Assembly (NCBI GenBank): GCA_963669175.1
Contig: OY769902.1
Span: 832,001 to 896,000 of the forward strand
Reading direction: 5' to 3'
From: a bacterium
GTDB taxonomy: Bacteria > Electryoneota > Electryoneia > Electryoneales > Electryoneaceae
Length of the DNA stretch: 64,000 nt
Below the pieces are notes generated by a model that worked only from the letters and a program-made list of their open reading frames with translations, was not told the DNA's origin and did no database searches. Below, one piece after another: positions 29,600 to 39,222 of the stretch. The translations under genes and the position numbers were made by a program. How positions within the stretch are numbered: the first letter of the stretch is position 1; every line of letters begins with the position of its first letter.

Positions 29600-29932
29600 T
29601 ATTGCATATCGCGGGCACCGAATCATAATACCCAAGCACAGCCAATGCCCCCCCCACTTGCCTTGCACCCCCGTCACCCTGTCATTCGAGGGTGAAGTTC
29701 GCACCAATCTACAGCCTTAGCTACATAGTTGCGGCATGGCTCCCGCTATCGCACCTCATAGAATCCATCCTGAGGCGCGTAGACCGCCTGTGGCGCGGTT
29801 TTCTCCACCTTGGCAAGGGTCAAGGCCATTGAGAAAGAAAACGCCTTTCTGGTGGGGAATATGGTGGGGAAGCAAAAAAGCGGCTCCAGGAGAACCGCTT
29901 TCAAGAAAGATGTAAACAGCTATTTTACAACT

Positions 29933-30007
29933 TGGTAGCGCGTACGGGAATCGAACCCGTGTTTCCGGCGTGAGAGGCCAGCGTCCTGACCGCTGAACGA
30001 ACGCGCC
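29933..30007 (-). tRNA. tRNA-Glu (anticodon CTC)
   Basis: GGCGCGT acceptor stem, anticodon arm CTGGC-CT-CTC-AC-GCCGG, GGTTCGATTCC T-loop, encoded CCA. Confidence 0.95.
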
Positions 30008-30118
30008 ATAGTGGAGTCAAAAATACATGCTTGATGACAGTAAATCAACCGCTTCGCTCTGGCGAGAGACTCTCTCTCCTGAGTTTGAAAGTTGGCAAGT
30101 TTGAAAGTTGAAAAGTTA

Positions 30119-30450
30119 GGCTGCTCACAAGAATTTGTACATACAATCGACGAGCACGTTTCGTCAGGTCTTGACACGATACCTTTTTCTTGTTTTTTAC
30201 CGCAATTGCAGACACCTGTCCGACTTTACGCCTGCAATTTTACATGATAGTTCGTCGTCAGGCATCGTGTTATAACCTGACGACTGCGAGAATGCTGATA
30301 TCGGTGGCAGGTCACAACGCGACAAAAACAGGGCGAGAGGCGGTTTCTGTATCATCGTTATTCAGGAAAACATTGCTAAAGCCGAAGACAGAATGTCGCG
30401 TCAAGACCTGCCACAACATTGCCCGGATGCACAAATTCTTGTGAGGAACC
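30119..30450. mobile_element. MITE family D, complete copy (332 bp)
   Basis: TIR GGYTSCTCACAAGAATTTGTRCAT and 8-bp direct repeat AAAAGTTA (30111-30118, 30451-30458). Confidence 0.85.
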
Positions 30451-30827
30451 AAAAGTTAGAAAGTTCAAAAGTTACCTATCCTTATCGTCCTACTACCTGA
30501 AAAATTGTTACCTTCCCGACTTGCTGCCAGATATTGTTATTCTGCGAAACTTCTCTTCCATAACATTCCCCTGTTTTGGAATCAGAGAACATCACAGGCA
30601 AATCGGGCCATGCCTCACTGGAGTTGGAAAGTTACAAAGCTTGAAAGTTCTAAAGTTATTTGAATGATTGCATAGAATACGGTCATAAATCAGGTTTCAG
30701 ACATGGCATAATGTCAGTAACCATTCACTCTTTTCATCATTCTTTCATCCTTGACATCCTTACTATCCTGTTCATCCTGTAAATTCTTGTGCAACGTCCG
30801 GAATTACTAATTCCTCATTTCTAATTC

Positions 30828-31595
30828 CTAATTGTTTTTCGCCGGTGGATTCGCCCAGTTTTCCGGTGGTTCGGTGGCGAATTTCGGGGTCCAGTGCGGC
30901 GCTTTGTTCAGCCATTTGCAGACAATGATATACACGGTCTGGAAGATCAGCGTCCAGTCGTAGATAAAGCTCATGTTCCGGACATAGTGCATATCGGCCA
31001 GCAGTTTGGGACGCAACAGGTAACGCACGTAATACTCTTCCGGGTTCATATCGTCGGGCGGTTCGAGATGCTCATGGAACACGTAATACAGCAGGTTCCC
31101 GGTGCAGGTCAGGCCGGGACGCGCATCGAACAGTTCACGATATTCATCGGTGTAGTGATCTTCCACGATATTCACCGATTCTGGACGCGGACCAACGACT
31201 GACATATCGCCACGGATAATGTTCCACAGTTGTGGGAGTTCATCAATCTTGGTAGCGCGAAGCAGTTTGCCGATGGGAGTGATGCGTGAATCATGCCCTG
31301 CGGTAATGGTGGCGTGTTTATCGGCATCGACCACCATGGTGCGGAATTTTAAAGTATCGAATATTTCACCGTGTGTGCCGATACGTGGGGCGTGATACAA
31401 TACCGGCCCTTTCGAGGTTAGTTTGATTGCGATAACAGCCACTCCCATAACCGGGCTCAGCACGACCAACGCCAGACCGGCGAGACATGTGTCCATGACA
31501 CGCTTGACCGGTGCGTAATAACGTCCGCGCAAAAGCAACAGGGCGCCTACCAGACCCCCAGCGCCAGCCCACCACCCCCAAGAACTTCTTTTCAT
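30828..31595 (-). CDS. Bacterial sugar transferase (priming phosphoglycosyl transferase family)
   Basis: KRVMD, KFRTM, RITPIGKLLR, IDELPQLWN, SVVGPRP, RPGLT. Confidence 0.9.
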   Translation of the reverse strand: MKRSSWGWWAGAGGLVGALLLLRGRYYAPVKRVMDTCLAGLALVVLSPVMGVAVIAIKLTSKGPVLYHAPRIGTHGEIFDTLKFRTMVVDADKHATITAGHDSRITPIGKLLRATKIDELPQLWNIIRGDMSVVGPRPESVNIVEDHYTDEYRELFDARPGLTCTGNLLYYVFHEHLEPPDDMNPEEYYVRYLLRPKLLADMHYVRNMSFIYDWTLIFQTVYIIVCKWLNKAPHWTPKFATEPPENWANPPAKNN

Positions 31596-32503
31596 GGTTT
31601 TGCCTTCTGCTTTCGTGCCTCTTTAACCTTATCCGCCAGGTTCAATACCGCGCTGACGTAATCTTCGCTGTGATTGTAATGCCACACCGCCTTGCGACGC
31701 TTCTTCTCGTTGTCTACACGGTAGCCATGCAGACTCAGGTAATTTGCAATCGAGGCAATAGCATCTTCAAGATGGTAAAGATTGGTTGTGGCATCAGCAT
31801 TTCCGTCACGAGCATAGGTCTGAAATGAAGATGGCAGGAACTGCGCCAGGCCAAACGCGCCCGCCCAGCTCCCGCGTACTTCCAACGGGTCCATCTTTCC
31901 CTGTGATGACATTTCGATCAGGATTTTCAATTCCTTGTACGCCCAATCAGCCTTGCGTTTTTTACGACGGTTTACCTTACGAACAGTCTCGACTTTTTCC
32001 GCCGGATCGACCTCTTCCAGCACATGGCTCCAGAACTGGGGCGCAAGGGTTTCAAGCTGATCAGAATCCAGCAGGGTGAGAGTAGCAAAGACATTCATCA
32101 GGGGAAAACGTCCCGGGTATTCCCCGAAATTACTTTCGATACGCAATACCGCGGCAACCACTTCCGGTTCGACACGGCTGTCGCCCAGGACAGTGATGAA
32201 TACGTCTTCGTGTTCTTCAAGGAAAATGCGGGTCCGTTCAACAGACGCCGGTTCAGTGAATTTCAAGTAAACATTGGTTACATCCGGTTGACGGATATTC
32301 ATTTTCAACAGTTCGGGGATCAGCTCGAACCGTTCATCTTCGAAAAGCCGGTTAACTGTTGCCGGTGGCAGGCCGTCAGCGATCAGGCGCTTACGTAACG
32401 GGGAAAAATCCGCTTCCGGGGTTGCTGCAATGGAGGGTAATGCCATTGCAAGGAAGACCGTGCAGGCGAAAAACAGCTTCAGGAAACATCTGGGGGCAGA
32501 CAT
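31592..32503 (-). CDS. Lytic murein transglycosylase, MltB/SLT_2 family
   Basis: IESNFG, GSWAGAFGLAQFLPSS, DAIASIANYL, YNHSEDY. Start approximate. Confidence 0.9.
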   Translation of the reverse strand: MSAPRCFLKLFFACTVFLAMALPSIAATPEADFSPLRKRLIADGLPPATVNRLFEDERFELIPELLKMNIRQPDVTNVYLKFTEPASVERTRIFLEEHEDVFITVLGDSRVEPEVVAAVLRIESNFGEYPGRFPLMNVFATLTLLDSDQLETLAPQFWSHVLEEVDPAEKVETVRKVNRRKKRKADWAYKELKILIEMSSQGKMDPLEVRGSWAGAFGLAQFLPSSFQTYARDGNADATTNLYHLEDAIASIANYLSLHGYRVDNEKKRRKAVWHYNHSEDYVSAVLNLADKVKEARKQKAKP

Positions 32504-32570
32504 GACAACAACTCCTGGTACGATTATAAACGCTTCATAGTATACTGGCAAATCCTTGACCTCAGTTCCA

Positions 32571-33569
32571 CTAGTCCACGATTAATTCCTTTGGCCCCTG
32601 AGCCAGCCAACGATTGTATTTCTCCAGCAGAATCATCACTGCACGCATGACAATCTGGAAACCACGGCGCGCTGTGACTTTTGGCGCTTCGGGACGCTTG
32701 ACCACGCCATGCACAATGCGGTTACGGAAGTCGGTCAGGTCTTTCAGGTGATCGCCGAATTCGACCGGCCAGTCGCCCAGGTTGGCGCTGAGGAGCTTCA
32801 GTTTGGCGCGTTTTTCATTCATGCCCGGACGACGTCCCACCCGGCGAATAATCGGGTAATCAATTCCCAGCCGGTCCAGGATATGATCATAGAAGAAATC
32901 CAGCGCGATCAGCAGCATCACAACTGCCGCCAGCTCTTCCTCCTTACGAACCAGGTCTGCCGCGTTCTGCAGGTAACTCAACCAAAGCGGCTTTTCATAA
33001 TCACCGGTTTCTCCGATAGCCATCCACATCAGCTTGAGGGGGTGGGCATCCTGTTCCGGGGCGAGGGTTCGAGTGAAAAATACAACACTGGTTTTACTGG
33101 TTGACAGGGGAAACGCAATCTGGTTGTTCAGGATAAGCTCAGGCAGGGTTTTTCCGCCCGGCATCAGGAAAAAGACATCCGGTTCCTTGTTGTAACGGAT
33201 ACCAAAGTCCACACTGACCAACTCGTTTGGAGGCAGGGTAACCTCACCGCCTACGGAATATCCTGGTACCAACGGGATCGGGTGAACATCATCAACAAAA
33301 ATTTCGATGTGCGCCTTGTAATTGTTCAGGTAACCGTCCACATAGAGAAACGTGTGACCGCAACTGGTGCAGGTTACCTGCATATCCAGGCTTTCGCAGT
33401 TATGTTCCCACTGATATTCGCAATTCGGGCAGCGAACAAGCTGAATTGCCAGCGCAACAGGCCCTGCAGGCCGGACCGGTTCGGCAGCGTTCTGAACCTG
33501 TTCTGCTACCTGTTCACGGTTTGAAGGTGTTGACGAACCGTTGGATTCAACAGGATGTTCCTGCAACAT
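32571..33569 (-). CDS. Hypothetical protein: Zn-ribbon + beta domain + HEPN-like C-terminus
   Basis: CPNC...CTSC and a helical C-terminal domain with RNRIVH (RxxxxH). Confidence 0.65.
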   Translation of the reverse strand: MLQEHPVESNGSSTPSNREQVAEQVQNAAEPVRPAGPVALAIQLVRCPNCEYQWEHNCESLDMQVTCTSCGHTFLYVDGYLNNYKAHIEIFVDDVHPIPLVPGYSVGGEVTLPPNELVSVDFGIRYNKEPDVFFLMPGGKTLPELILNNQIAFPLSTSKTSVVFFTRTLAPEQDAHPLKLMWMAIGETGDYEKPLWLSYLQNAADLVRKEEELAAVVMLLIALDFFYDHILDRLGIDYPIIRRVGRRPGMNEKRAKLKLLSANLGDWPVEFGDHLKDLTDFRNRIVHGVVKRPEAPKVTARRGFQIVMRAVMILLEKYNRWLAQGPKELIVD

Positions 33570-33573
33570 AACC

Positions 33574-35310
33574 TTAGTTCCTCTCCCGTTTGCCGACCGA
33601 ATTGAAGCGTATTTGAATCCCCAGGCTGCCATTCCGGGTGGTTTCAGAGGGCGTTTCCAAAGTACGTGCGAATTGGGCTCGGGTCCAGCCCTCTACCGTA
33701 CGGAACACACGGAAAGTAATTGTTGCACTGCCATACAGTCCTTCCGTTCCTACCTGCCGGAACGGGAACAAGCCGGGAATAAACGGTTCAATCAGGGTTA
33801 CAGTAGCGCCGTTGTCAAACTGACGAACCCAGCCTATTTGCACTGCGCCGTGAACAGCCGGGTTAATATCGGTCTGGAAATAGCCCGCCAATAGTTCCCC
33901 GTCCCCGTTATCTTCCCAGGTATGTTCATAGCGTAGTCCTTTACGAATGGCATCCATCTCATGATAGGTATGCGCCCGAAAACTTCGGCGACGGTCAGAT
34001 GTATCCTGCTCATACACATTTCCCAACGAACCACGCACATCGAGATGCCATCGTTCGTTTATTGGGCCAGAAGCATACAGACGTATCCCGTTGCGGTGTT
34101 GACTGTCATTGCCCCCGATCGGCTCACGATGCTCGCCTGCCCACCAGCCGCCGACAAGCCAGCGATGGAAAGAGGTTTCCAACCCGGTATAAAGACCGCT
34201 ACGTCCTGCGGGGTCATCGCCGAAAGGCAGAAACGGCCGTGCATGCAGAGGTTGAAAGGTGATTGTAGCACGGTAGACCATTGCAATCAGGGACAGGTTT
34301 AGAAAAGAGCGTTGCAGGATACCAGCTCCACCCCAGGCATCGTTATCCAGGTGAGTGATTTCTCCTGAAAAAGCCCAGATTTTGTTTTGCCACAAGCGTC
34401 CATCCACTCCGAAGCTGCGTATTGTCCGGCGTGAATCACCATAACGAAAACGAGATGCCAGCCCGTCGGATGCCAGCGGAGTATCCCATCGCGATATCCA
34501 CCCGGTAGCGCCAAGTTGGAATAATGTGCCTGTGTTGTTGTTATCGGCAAGCGTTTCCCAGGCTATATGAGCCCCAGTATGGGACTCGCCCAGGTTAAGA
34601 CTGTTATCGGTGCGTGAACCGGTGTGATCACCCTGGGTACTATAGGGCAGCGGACCATCCGAACCCTCACGCGCGTCATAGAAAGATCTTCCGGCCCAAA
34701 AAGATGTGTTAAGGGAACGATAATGATAGTCAAATCCGCCACCCTGCCAGCCTCGCCCCTCTTCACCGGAACGGTTGGCAGAAATTCCAGCAGTCCGGTT
34801 TTGTGAAGGACTCAGGGAAGCGTAGCTGGCAGGCAAAGAAGGCGAGCTGCGTATGGTCCAACCTAATCCCTGGTTTGCCTGGAAGCTGCCGAGCACGAGG
34901 GTTTGGTTGTCGGTAGCATGCTCCAGGTAAATGCGATACAGGTCTGTGAAGCTTCTTTCGTTGGCATCCCGTGCAGTCAATCCTCCAATACCCCACTCTT
35001 CTGAACGAACATCCAGGCGATTCCACAATGAAGGAGTATTGCCGGTTTCGATGTTTCGGTATCGTCCCTGGAGCTGGATGAAGAATGGGCGGCCGGTTGT
35101 GAGGGATGTGGTTGGGGTGTTTGGTGAAAAAGTTGATCCATCACCCGACAATGACAATTGGTCCAACCAGGATTGACCGGATACCAGGGAAGCGTTTTCC
35201 AGCAGACGTACCAAGCTGTCCGGATAAACCTCCGCACTTGGGCTGGGAATTGGGCAAGCTGCTGTCAGTATGCCTGTGACAAGGATATGTATCAGTCTAT
35301 TCCCTTGCAT
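33574..35310 (-). CDS. Putative outer-membrane beta-barrel protein
   Basis: Signal peptide and alternating aromatic/Gly beta strands. LGSFQANQGLG motif; adjacent to a PorV-like gene. Confidence 0.65.
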   Translation of the reverse strand: MQGNRLIHILVTGILTAACPIPSPSAEVYPDSLVRLLENASLVSGQSWLDQLSLSGDGSTFSPNTPTTSLTTGRPFFIQLQGRYRNIETGNTPSLWNRLDVRSEEWGIGGLTARDANERSFTDLYRIYLEHATDNQTLVLGSFQANQGLGWTIRSSPSLPASYASLSPSQNRTAGISANRSGEEGRGWQGGGFDYHYRSLNTSFWAGRSFYDAREGSDGPLPYSTQGDHTGSRTDNSLNLGESHTGAHIAWETLADNNNTGTLFQLGATGWISRWDTPLASDGLASRFRYGDSRRTIRSFGVDGRLWQNKIWAFSGEITHLDNDAWGGAGILQRSFLNLSLIAMVYRATITFQPLHARPFLPFGDDPAGRSGLYTGLETSFHRWLVGGWWAGEHREPIGGNDSQHRNGIRLYASGPINERWHLDVRGSLGNVYEQDTSDRRRSFRAHTYHEMDAIRKGLRYEHTWEDNGDGELLAGYFQTDINPAVHGAVQIGWVRQFDNGATVTLIEPFIPGLFPFRQVGTEGLYGSATITFRVFRTVEGWTRAQFARTLETPSETTRNGSLGIQIRFNSVGKRERN

Positions 35311-36115
35311 GGCGCGGTTCCCAGTTAAGTTGATAGGATTGGGACCAGCCCAGGCAAGGGTGGTGATCGTAGCCTGTGTTTGCGGAGAAAGTAGCCCAGG
35401 CCAGGTTACATCCGATCAGGATACGTCTGGCGCCAGTATCATAGCCGGTGAAAAGCCTGATAGACTCCCAAACCGGAATGGATATAGCGGTAAACCATGC
35501 TGGTGGGAAGCTCTCTTCAAATACAACATTGCCCGTAAGCGAAAATGATTTCGAGACTTGCCAGTTTGCATGCAGCAACAGTGTTTTTTCAGGAGTTCCG
35601 TCGAAGCGATCCATTTTACTCGAAAAAAGGTTTTTGCCGGATAATCCTGCTGAAACGGGAAAGCAATGATAGATTACACCGGCGTGGACACGCCAAACAT
35701 GGTCGCTCCCGTAATTTTTTATCTGCACCTGGCCCCAGTCAACAGCTATTCCGGAAGCGACATTTGAAGTGATCAAGCCGCCAGCATGAATCCCGCATTC
35801 TCGTTCTGTGTATAGAGTACGACCAAAACCTGAAATGTGTATTCCAATCCCATAATTGCCAACAGGAACACAGCCGGACATGACGAAATGATCCAGTTCC
35901 TGCAAACCGAATTTACGGGCATATCCGGCCCCTATTGAAGGGTGCTTTTGGAATGGAAGAAAGGCAGGATTTGCAAGGAAAGAAGAACCAGAGAGTGCAA
36001 TTGAACCCGAATATTTTAACCAGGTTACTTGATGGTTAAAGGCTGCATGAGTTATTCCTGATCCCCAGAAAAGGATCAGAATAGCCAGACAATAGGGTAG
36101 TGTGGTACGTTTCAT
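35297..36115 (-). CDS. PorV/PorQ-like small outer-membrane barrel
   Basis: Signal peptide, NPA motif, FGLQEL, YTE, C-terminal HPxLG.SQ. Confidence 0.6.
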   Translation of the reverse strand: MKRTTLPYCLAILILFWGSGITHAAFNHQVTWLKYSGSIALSGSSFLANPAFLPFQKHPSIGAGYARKFGLQELDHFVMSGCVPVGNYGIGIHISGFGRTLYTERECGIHAGGLITSNVASGIAVDWGQVQIKNYGSDHVWRVHAGVIYHCFPVSAGLSGKNLFSSKMDRFDGTPEKTLLLHANWQVSKSFSLTGNVVFEESFPPAWFTAISIPVWESIRLFTGYDTGARRILIGCNLAWATFSANTGYDHHPCLGWSQSYQLNWEPRHARE

Positions 36116-36153
36116 GAGCCCAAGCGCTGAATGAAAGTGCTAATAATCTATAA

Positions 36154-39100
36154 TCAGGTCGTGTCCGTATGCTGGTTAAAGGTTTGTTCTGTTTGTGCTG
36201 AAACGGGATTTCCGGCAGAATCCAGGAATACATTCAAGTCCAGGATCCGGATGCCTTCAACATAATTGATTTCTTTGATTTCTCTAAGCTTTAAGAGAGT
36301 ATTTACCAAGTTTTTCATTCTTTCAACTTGTGCGGGAATTCGTTGGATCATACGTTCACGCACATCTTCAGACGCTTGTGGCATATTATAAAGATCGGAA
36401 GCGCCCTTGATAATTGCCAGTGGATTGTTGAATTCGTGTGCAATTGTTGCGGCAAGTTGGTGTGCTGTTTTCAATCTTGCCATTTCTATTTCAAGTTCAC
36501 GTTGCTGTTTCTTTCTTGCCTGGGTGATTCGCCAGCGGATAAACAACAGCACAAAAAATACGACAACGATCCCTACGAAGATGAAAAAGGCTGAAGTTTC
36601 ATAAAAGTAGGCCGGAACGACCAGTATTATTGGTGTAAGCATGACTCGTTTCTGCCCCAACCCATTCCAGGCGTTTACCTGAAACTCGTGTTTTCCCGGT
36701 GTGAGGTTGGTATAAAACACATGGTTGCGGTGGGTTGGTATTCTGAAATGGTCATCGAGTCCGGACAGGCGCCAGGAATACCTGTTTCTGCCCGGGTTCA
36801 GAAAATCAGGGAATCCAAGATTGATTTCGATTCTCCGTTTCCCCAAGGGCAGTGACACAAATTCGCTGACCGGGATACGTGTTGAATCCGAATAGATTGA
36901 GGCAACAAACGGCATATCGCCAGGTAGAAGCGAAGAAATCAGCTTGTTGGTGTTGAAGATAAAAAAGCCGTTAGGTTGCACCACCGCAAGTCTTTCATCT
37001 TGCATGACAACCATTTCATTGATCCTGGTTTCCGGCAAACCAAAGTATCGATTTAACAAGATTTGCAAGGAATCGCAGGTAATAAAAAGCCCATGCGAAG
37101 TTGCGTAAAAACTGTTGCCTGTTTCATCCTGGTATAATTGAAAGGTAGTGGCGTCTTCAGGTGTCGGATCACGTAAAACTTCAAGTGAATCCTTCGTTAT
37201 TTTAACAATTCCCGTATCAAAAATAAAATACAGATCACCATTCGGGTGACGGAATGCAGATTGAACATTATCATCGGGCAACCCATCACGGTGATCAAAA
37301 ACCTGCACTGAATCACCGTTGGCAATTTCAGACGAATCTGTAGCAATGCGCATCAAACCTGCCGCGAAGGTGCCGAACCAGTATGCGCCGTCCGGTCCGA
37401 TTTCACTACACACGGCAGCGGGTTCGCGCAAGTGCATATCGTAGGGAAGCCATGTGGCCGCGAGGTAGTCTTCTCTAAGGGTATGGCGACTGAATTTGTC
37501 CATGGTACCGAATCGCCGTTCAGCATCCCCATATACCCAGAAATGGCCATCTTTTATTCTAACGGTATATACCCAGCCACTTATAAAAACACTGTTGTCC
37601 TCGGTGGCAAGTATGGTTAATGGATAGGAGAACCACACCGATTCTTCCGCAAGAACACGAAGTATTTTCCCATCCCAGCGATAGAGTTTTCCGGATAATG
37701 CCGTAACCAGGCTTCCATCGGGTGCGGTAGAAATGTAAAAACGTCCTGGATGTGGTGGAAGGACCGGGGTTAGCGGGCGCATCTTCCCGTCAGCAATAGT
37801 AAGAAGGTATAACCGGTTAATTGTGGATATCAGCACATTGTTGTTTCTATCCAGGGCAAAAGCCCGGACAAGTTGTTCATTGGACAGGGCCTCTGAAATA
37901 ACGCGCAACTTGCCGTCTTGAAACAGGGTTATTCCCAGTTCGCCAGAGAATATCAACCCTCCATCCGGAAGAGCAATACTGTTGCTGATATTATGTAAAG
38001 CCGGAAAATCATTTTCTGAATACACATCCAAGAGGGTGGTTGTAAGACGTGATATCAAACCATTTCCATCCACCAACCACAGTGTTCCGGAATGATCAAT
38101 CATACCAGTCAGTATTACATTAGAGGGTAAACCTCTCGAATGGTCCAGCAGATTCCATTCTTCATCCTGTTGCTGAAACACACCAGATTCTGTCAACAGA
38201 AAAAGCTTATTGCCAGGTAAAAGAATAATCTGGTTTAAAACAGTGGTCCCAAGTCTTTTTGCCATTGGTGATATTTTCATGTTGCCATCTACCAATTGGT
38301 AGATAACGTGGTGATTCCAGGCATAGATAGTTCCGTTTTCAGAAATGGCCAAGTCTCGGAATTCTTTCAAACCGGTTGCCATGAATTCGGTGGGAATATT
38401 CTTGACAGCGCTGTTCCAGAGCTCAAGCCTTCGTTCCGATTCCGAGATTCTATATGCAGATAGCGCGATGGGCCTGCAATCATCCGGGTGGGGAAAATGG
38501 TATGGTTTAAAGACCAGCGAGTCATAATGGGGACACAACTCATGTTTTTCAACGCTCTCGTTGATATCAAGCAAGCACTTCAGCGAATCAACATCAATCC
38601 GAAACAATCCATGTCGTTCAGTTGCAGCCCAGACGACATTTTCCGATGGATTTCTTGCGAGGGCATGCGCCATTGTTTCCATGTGTTCCTGACGCGTACT
38701 GTCATAGAAGGCTATATAATGAGTGTGTTCTTTATAAGAAGCTAAAACGCCAGCATTGGTTGCCAGCAAAGTAACATCATCAACACGAATAATATCTCGA
38801 ATGGTTCTGTCTTGAAGGGGAATAGGTTCTGAAAGGTTTCCCGTTGTAAAATCATAAAGCCTTAGCCCGCGAAACGTACAGAAATACATTTTTGTTGGGG
38901 AATACTCAACTACTTTGTAGACATAATTATCAGGTAATCCATCCCTTACAGTCAGTTTTTCAAATTGAATTCCATCATAGAAAGAAACGCCCTCATTTCC
39001 CCAGAACCATATGATACCGCGACTGTCCTGCATCATGCCCAGAACATCACCAATGTTGGGGGTCTCGTCTTCACTGAAAGAAAAAATCGGGTAACTGTAG

Positions 39101-39186
39101 GAAGCTGACGGAGATGAGGCTGATGCCATACCTGGAAGTATTGCAACTAACAGGAAAAACCATATTCTATGCAAGAATGTAGCCAT
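36154..39186 (-). CDS. Beta-propeller (Reg_prop)/Y_Y_Y membrane sensor with HisKA but no HATPase domain
   Basis: DGLPDN repeats, YTNLTPGKHEFQV, a TM helix, AHEFNNPL, then a stop ~85 aa later. Confidence 0.85.
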   Translation of the reverse strand: MATFLHRIWFFLLVAILPGMASASSPSASYSYPIFSFSEDETPNIGDVLGMMQDSRGIIWFWGNEGVSFYDGIQFEKLTVRDGLPDNYVYKVVEYSPTKMYFCTFRGLRLYDFTTGNLSEPIPLQDRTIRDIIRVDDVTLLATNAGVLASYKEHTHYIAFYDSTRQEHMETMAHALARNPSENVVWAATERHGLFRIDVDSLKCLLDINESVEKHELCPHYDSLVFKPYHFPHPDDCRPIALSAYRISESERRLELWNSAVKNIPTEFMATGLKEFRDLAISENGTIYAWNHHVIYQLVDGNMKISPMAKRLGTTVLNQIILLPGNKLFLLTESGVFQQQDEEWNLLDHSRGLPSNVILTGMIDHSGTLWLVDGNGLISRLTTTLLDVYSENDFPALHNISNSIALPDGGLIFSGELGITLFQDGKLRVISEALSNEQLVRAFALDRNNNVLISTINRLYLLTIADGKMRPLTPVLPPHPGRFYISTAPDGSLVTALSGKLYRWDGKILRVLAEESVWFSYPLTILATEDNSVFISGWVYTVRIKDGHFWVYGDAERRFGTMDKFSRHTLREDYLAATWLPYDMHLREPAAVCSEIGPDGAYWFGTFAAGLMRIATDSSEIANGDSVQVFDHRDGLPDDNVQSAFRHPNGDLYFIFDTGIVKITKDSLEVLRDPTPEDATTFQLYQDETGNSFYATSHGLFITCDSLQILLNRYFGLPETRINEMVVMQDERLAVVQPNGFFIFNTNKLISSLLPGDMPFVASIYSDSTRIPVSEFVSLPLGKRRIEINLGFPDFLNPGRNRYSWRLSGLDDHFRIPTHRNHVFYTNLTPGKHEFQVNAWNGLGQKRVMLTPIILVVPAYFYETSAFFIFVGIVVVFFVLLFIRWRITQARKKQQRELEIEMARLKTAHQLAATIAHEFNNPLAIIKGASDLYNMPQASEDVRERMIQRIPAQVERMKNLVNTLLKLREIKEINYVEGIRILDLNVFLDSAGNPVSAQTEQTFNQHTDTT

Positions 39187-39222
39187 CCAATCAACCTGTC
39201 AAAGCAATATGGTAAACTTCTT

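Larger units (their letters stand above)
22692..29980. mobile_element. ~7.3-kb integrative element (satellite-like: int, AlpA, primase-helicase, cargo) in tRNA-Glu
   Basis: 48-bp direct repeats, gene content, and paired arm-type repeats near both ends. Confidence 0.9.

Noticed and set aside
30080-30475. CRISPR-like array from GAAAGTT repeats and other repeat clusters
   Set aside because: No constant 25-40-bp repeats with unique spacers and no cas genes. This is a short tandem repeat interrupted by MITE D.
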